A stretch of 64,000 nucleotides of DNA from an uncultured Candidatus Rokubacteria bacterium (GTDB lineage Bacteria > Methylomirabilota > Methylomirabilia > Rokubacteriales > CSP1-6): the NCBI GenBank assembly GCA_963747235.1, contig CAVVEU010000024.1, forward strand, positions 416,001 to 480,000, given 5' to 3'. The notes under the pieces were generated by a model. That model was not told where the DNA came from. It saw only the letters and a program-made list of their open reading frames with translations, and ran no database searches. A program made the translations under genes and the position numbers. Positions 61,573-64,000 of the stretch are shown one piece after another. Position 1 is the stretch's first letter. Every line of letters starts with the position of its first letter.

Positions 61573-62442
61573 CGGCGCCGGGCGAGGAGCGCCGGCGTAT
61601 CCTGATCGCGGGGGCCAGCGCGGGTATCGGGGCGGCGCTGGTGCGCGCCCTCGCGGCCGACGGGCACGAGGTCTTCGCGTGCGCGCGCCGGGCGGACGCG
61701 CTCCGGGCCGTGACCGACCGCGACACGCTCGCCCGCTCGCGGGTCTGCGACGTCGGGGACGAGGAGCAGGTGCGGGCGCTCTACGCCTGGGTCGTCGGCG
61801 ACCGCGCCGGCGCTGGACGGCCTGATCGTCGCGGCGGGCGCCTTCGGGGCCATCGGCGCCTTCGAGCAGACCGAGAGCGCGCTCTGGTGGGGGACGCTTC
61901 GCGCCAACGTGTTCGGGCTCTACGCGCTCGCCAAGCACGGGCTCCCGCTGCTCGAGCGGGGGACCCGGCCCCGGATCATCACCTTCTCGGGGGGCGGCGC
62001 TTTCGGCACGTTTCCGCGCTACAGCGCATATGCTACGTCCAAGGCCGCGGTGGTCCGGCTGACCGAGTGCCTGGCCGACGAGCTGCGCCCGCGGGGGATC
62101 GCGGTCAACGCGGTCGCGCCGGGGATGGTGGCGACCGAGATCCACAAGGCCACGCTCGAGGCGGGGCCGGATCGGGCCGGCGTCGAGCACTTCGAGCGGA
62201 CGCGGGCCGTCGTGAGCGCGGGAAGCGTGCCCATGGAGGTGCCGGTGGATTGTGTGCGGTTCCTGCTGTCGCGCGACGCCGACGGTCTCACCGGCAAGAC
62301 CGTCGCGGCCAATTTCGACCCGTGGCGCGGCGCCGGGTTCCGCGCCCACATCGCGGACATCACGGCCTCCGATGTGTACACGATGCGGCGCATCAATCCG
62401 GGGCACCTGCCTGACGGCCCGCTGAAGGAGCGTCTGTCGTGA
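61569..62442 (+). CDS. Short-chain dehydrogenase/reductase (frameshift near 61800)
   Basis: AGASAGIG, FSGGGA, YATSK, VNAVAPG. Confidence 0.85.
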
Positions 62443-63053
62443 GCAACGGGGCATACATCGACCGGTTCCTGCAGGGGGTGGAGGAGATCGTGCGGAAGAT
62501 CTCCCGCCCCGACGTGGATCGCGCCATCGAGGTCCTGTACGCGGCCTGGCGCGACGGGCGCACCGTCTTCACCGCCGGCAATGGAGGGTCGGCCGGCACC
62601 GCGACCCATTTCGCGGCGGACCTGTGCAAGATGACCGCGATGCCGGGCCGGCCGCGCCTGCGGGCGCTGAGCCTGGTCGACAATATCCCGCTGGTGAGCG
62701 CGCTGGTGAACGACGACGGCTGGGACAACGTGTATACCGAGCAGCTCGAAACCCACTACCGGCCCGGCGACGTCCTCATCACGATCAGCGTGCACGGAGG
62801 CCGCGGCGCGGACCGGGCGGGCGTCTGGTCGCAGAATCTCATGAAGGCCATCGACTACGTCAAGCGCCGCGGCGGCACCACCATCGGCCTCGCCGGGTTC
62901 GACGGGGGCGCGATGCGGGAAGTGTGCGACGTGTGCGTGGTGGTGCCCTACGACACGACGCCCCACGTGGAGGGGTTCCACGTCGTCCTGCATCACCTGA
63001 TGGCGTTCTGCCTGGCCGAGCGGATCGCGGGCGGCGCCCCGATGAGGCGATGA
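62439..63053 (+). CDS. SIS-domain phosphosugar isomerase (GmhA-like)
   Basis: AGNGGSAGTATHFAADL, VNDDG, GFDGG, VEGFH. Confidence 0.88.
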   Translation: MSNGAYIDRFLQGVEEIVRKISRPDVDRAIEVLYAAWRDGRTVFTAGNGGSAGTATHFAADLCKMTAMPGRPRLRALSLVDNIPLVSALVNDDGWDNVYTEQLETHYRPGDVLITISVHGGRGADRAGVWSQNLMKAIDYVKRRGGTTIGLAGFDGGAMREVCDVCVVVPYDTTPHVEGFHVVLHHLMAFCLAERIAGGAPMRR

Positions 63054-63583
63054 AGCGCGCGGTCTTCCTGGACCGGGACGGGGTGCTCAACCCGATGGTG
63101 GAGCGGAACGGTCGCTGGGGCGCCCCGCTGACCGCGGACGCGTTCGCCCTCTACCCGTGGACGGCCGAGTCGGTGACCCGCCTGAAGGCGGCCGGGCTTC
63201 TCTGCCTGGTCGCCACCAACCAGCCCGAGATCGCCACCGGGGAGCTGGACGTGGAGGCGCTGGAGGCCATGCACCGGCGTCTGGTCCGGGAAGCCGCGAT
63301 CGACGGCGTCTACGTGTGCCCGCACCGCGACGCCGACGGCTGCGCCTGTCGCAAGCCGCGGCCGGGCCTGCTCGAGCAGGCGGCCCGGGAGTGGGGAGTC
63401 GAGCTCGGCCGGTCCTTCCTGGTCGGCGACCGCTGGCGGGATATCGAGGCGGCCCACGCCGCCGGCTGCACCGCGATCCTGGTGGACGGTCCCGAGCCGG
63501 GGCGCGCCCGGCCGGACCACCGCGCCCGGGACCTGCGCGAAGCGACGACGACGATCCTCACCCTGATGGAGGGGTCATCATGA
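63050..63583 (+). CDS. gmhB: HAD-IIIA sugar bisphosphate phosphatase
   Basis: FLDRDGVLN, ATNQP, CPH...C.CRKP.PG, VGDRWRD. Confidence 0.88.
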   Translation: MKRAVFLDRDGVLNPMVERNGRWGAPLTADAFALYPWTAESVTRLKAAGLLCLVATNQPEIATGELDVEALEAMHRRLVREAAIDGVYVCPHRDADGCACRKPRPGLLEQAAREWGVELGRSFLVGDRWRDIEAAHAAGCTAILVDGPEPGRARPDHRARDLREATTTILTLMEGSS

Positions 63584-64000
63584 AGCTGTTCGTGGACTCG
63601 GCGAACCTGGGAGAGATCGAGGAGGCGCTGGCCCGGGGCTTCGTGGCCGGCATCACCACCAACCCCTCGATCATGGCGCGGGAGGAGCGGGTGGACTTCA
63701 CCGAGCACGTGCACCGGATCATCGGGTTGATCCGGCGGTACGGCAAGGATGTGCCGCTCTCGGTCGAGGTGTCGGTGGAGGATCCGGATGAGATGCTCGA
63801 TCAGGCGCTGAAGTTCGTCGCGGCCTTCCGGTATCCCCAGCTCAGCGTCAAGGTCCCGATCGGCTGGAACGAGCTCCGGGTGATCGCGGAGCTGCGCCGG
63901 CGCGACATCCGCGTCAACTGCACGTGCTGCATGTCGTTCAACCAGGCGTACATGGCCGCGCTGGCCGGGGCCAACTACGTGAGTCTCTTCTACAACCGCA
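63580..64000 (+). CDS. Transaldolase/FSA family protein (truncated by window end)
   Basis: LFVDSAN, GITTNPS, VKVP, VNCT, AGANYVSLF. Confidence 0.9.
   Translation, partial: MKLFVDSANLGEIEEALARGFVAGITTNPSIMAREERVDFTEHVHRIIGLIRRYGKDVPLSVEVSVEDPDEMLDQALKFVAAFRYPQLSVKVPIGWNELRVIAELRRRDIRVNCTCCMSFNQAYMAALAGANYVSLFYNR

Noticed and set aside
311-62442. Widespread pseudogenisation or programmed frameshifting
   Set aside because: Dozens of single-base indels occur in otherwise intact genes with normal codon bias, clustered at about 18.8-21.8 kb and 34.6-38.6 kb. This pattern fits low-coverage long-read error; read mapping would be decisive.

Overview
Very GC-rich bacterial chromosome segment. High GC plus dense liv/dpp-type ABC transporters resembles Ca. 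Rokubacteria/Methylomirabilota, but this is inference only. Many genes are broken by single-base indels that look like long-read consensus errors, so coordinates of those genes are approximate. 1-27.7 kb is general metabolism: nuclease fragment, HAD hydrolases, an M16 peptidase pair, flavoprotein disulfide reductase, PhhB, an orphan ParB-N protein, a branched-chain-amino-acid-type ABC transporter, TPMT, MlrC, two peptide ABC clusters lacking ATPases, and a desaturase. 27.8-64 kb is a large surface-glycan locus that runs off the right edge. It holds MBOAT/YfhO/GtrB-type modification genes and a nonulosonic-acid pathway (NeuB, NeuC, NeuD-like, two cytidylyltransferases, amidotransferase with HisH/HisF). 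It also has an EPS-type MarR regulator with a palindromic operator, MptE/Maf-like and B12 radical SAM genes, and a flippase. A final operon (TPP E1 alpha/beta, epimerases, reversed HldE, Gfo/Idh/MocA, a Cys-less UDP-glucose-dehydrogenase homologue, SIS, GmhB, transaldolase) resembles a lincosamide-type NDP-octose or branched higher-carbon sugar pathway. The most unusual sequence-level signal is a 73-bp palindromic element, present in tandem and inserted inside the TPMT gene, whose flanking codons show a strong strand-specific shift to T-ending synonymous codons. No tRNA, rRNA, CRISPR array or transposase was recognised.
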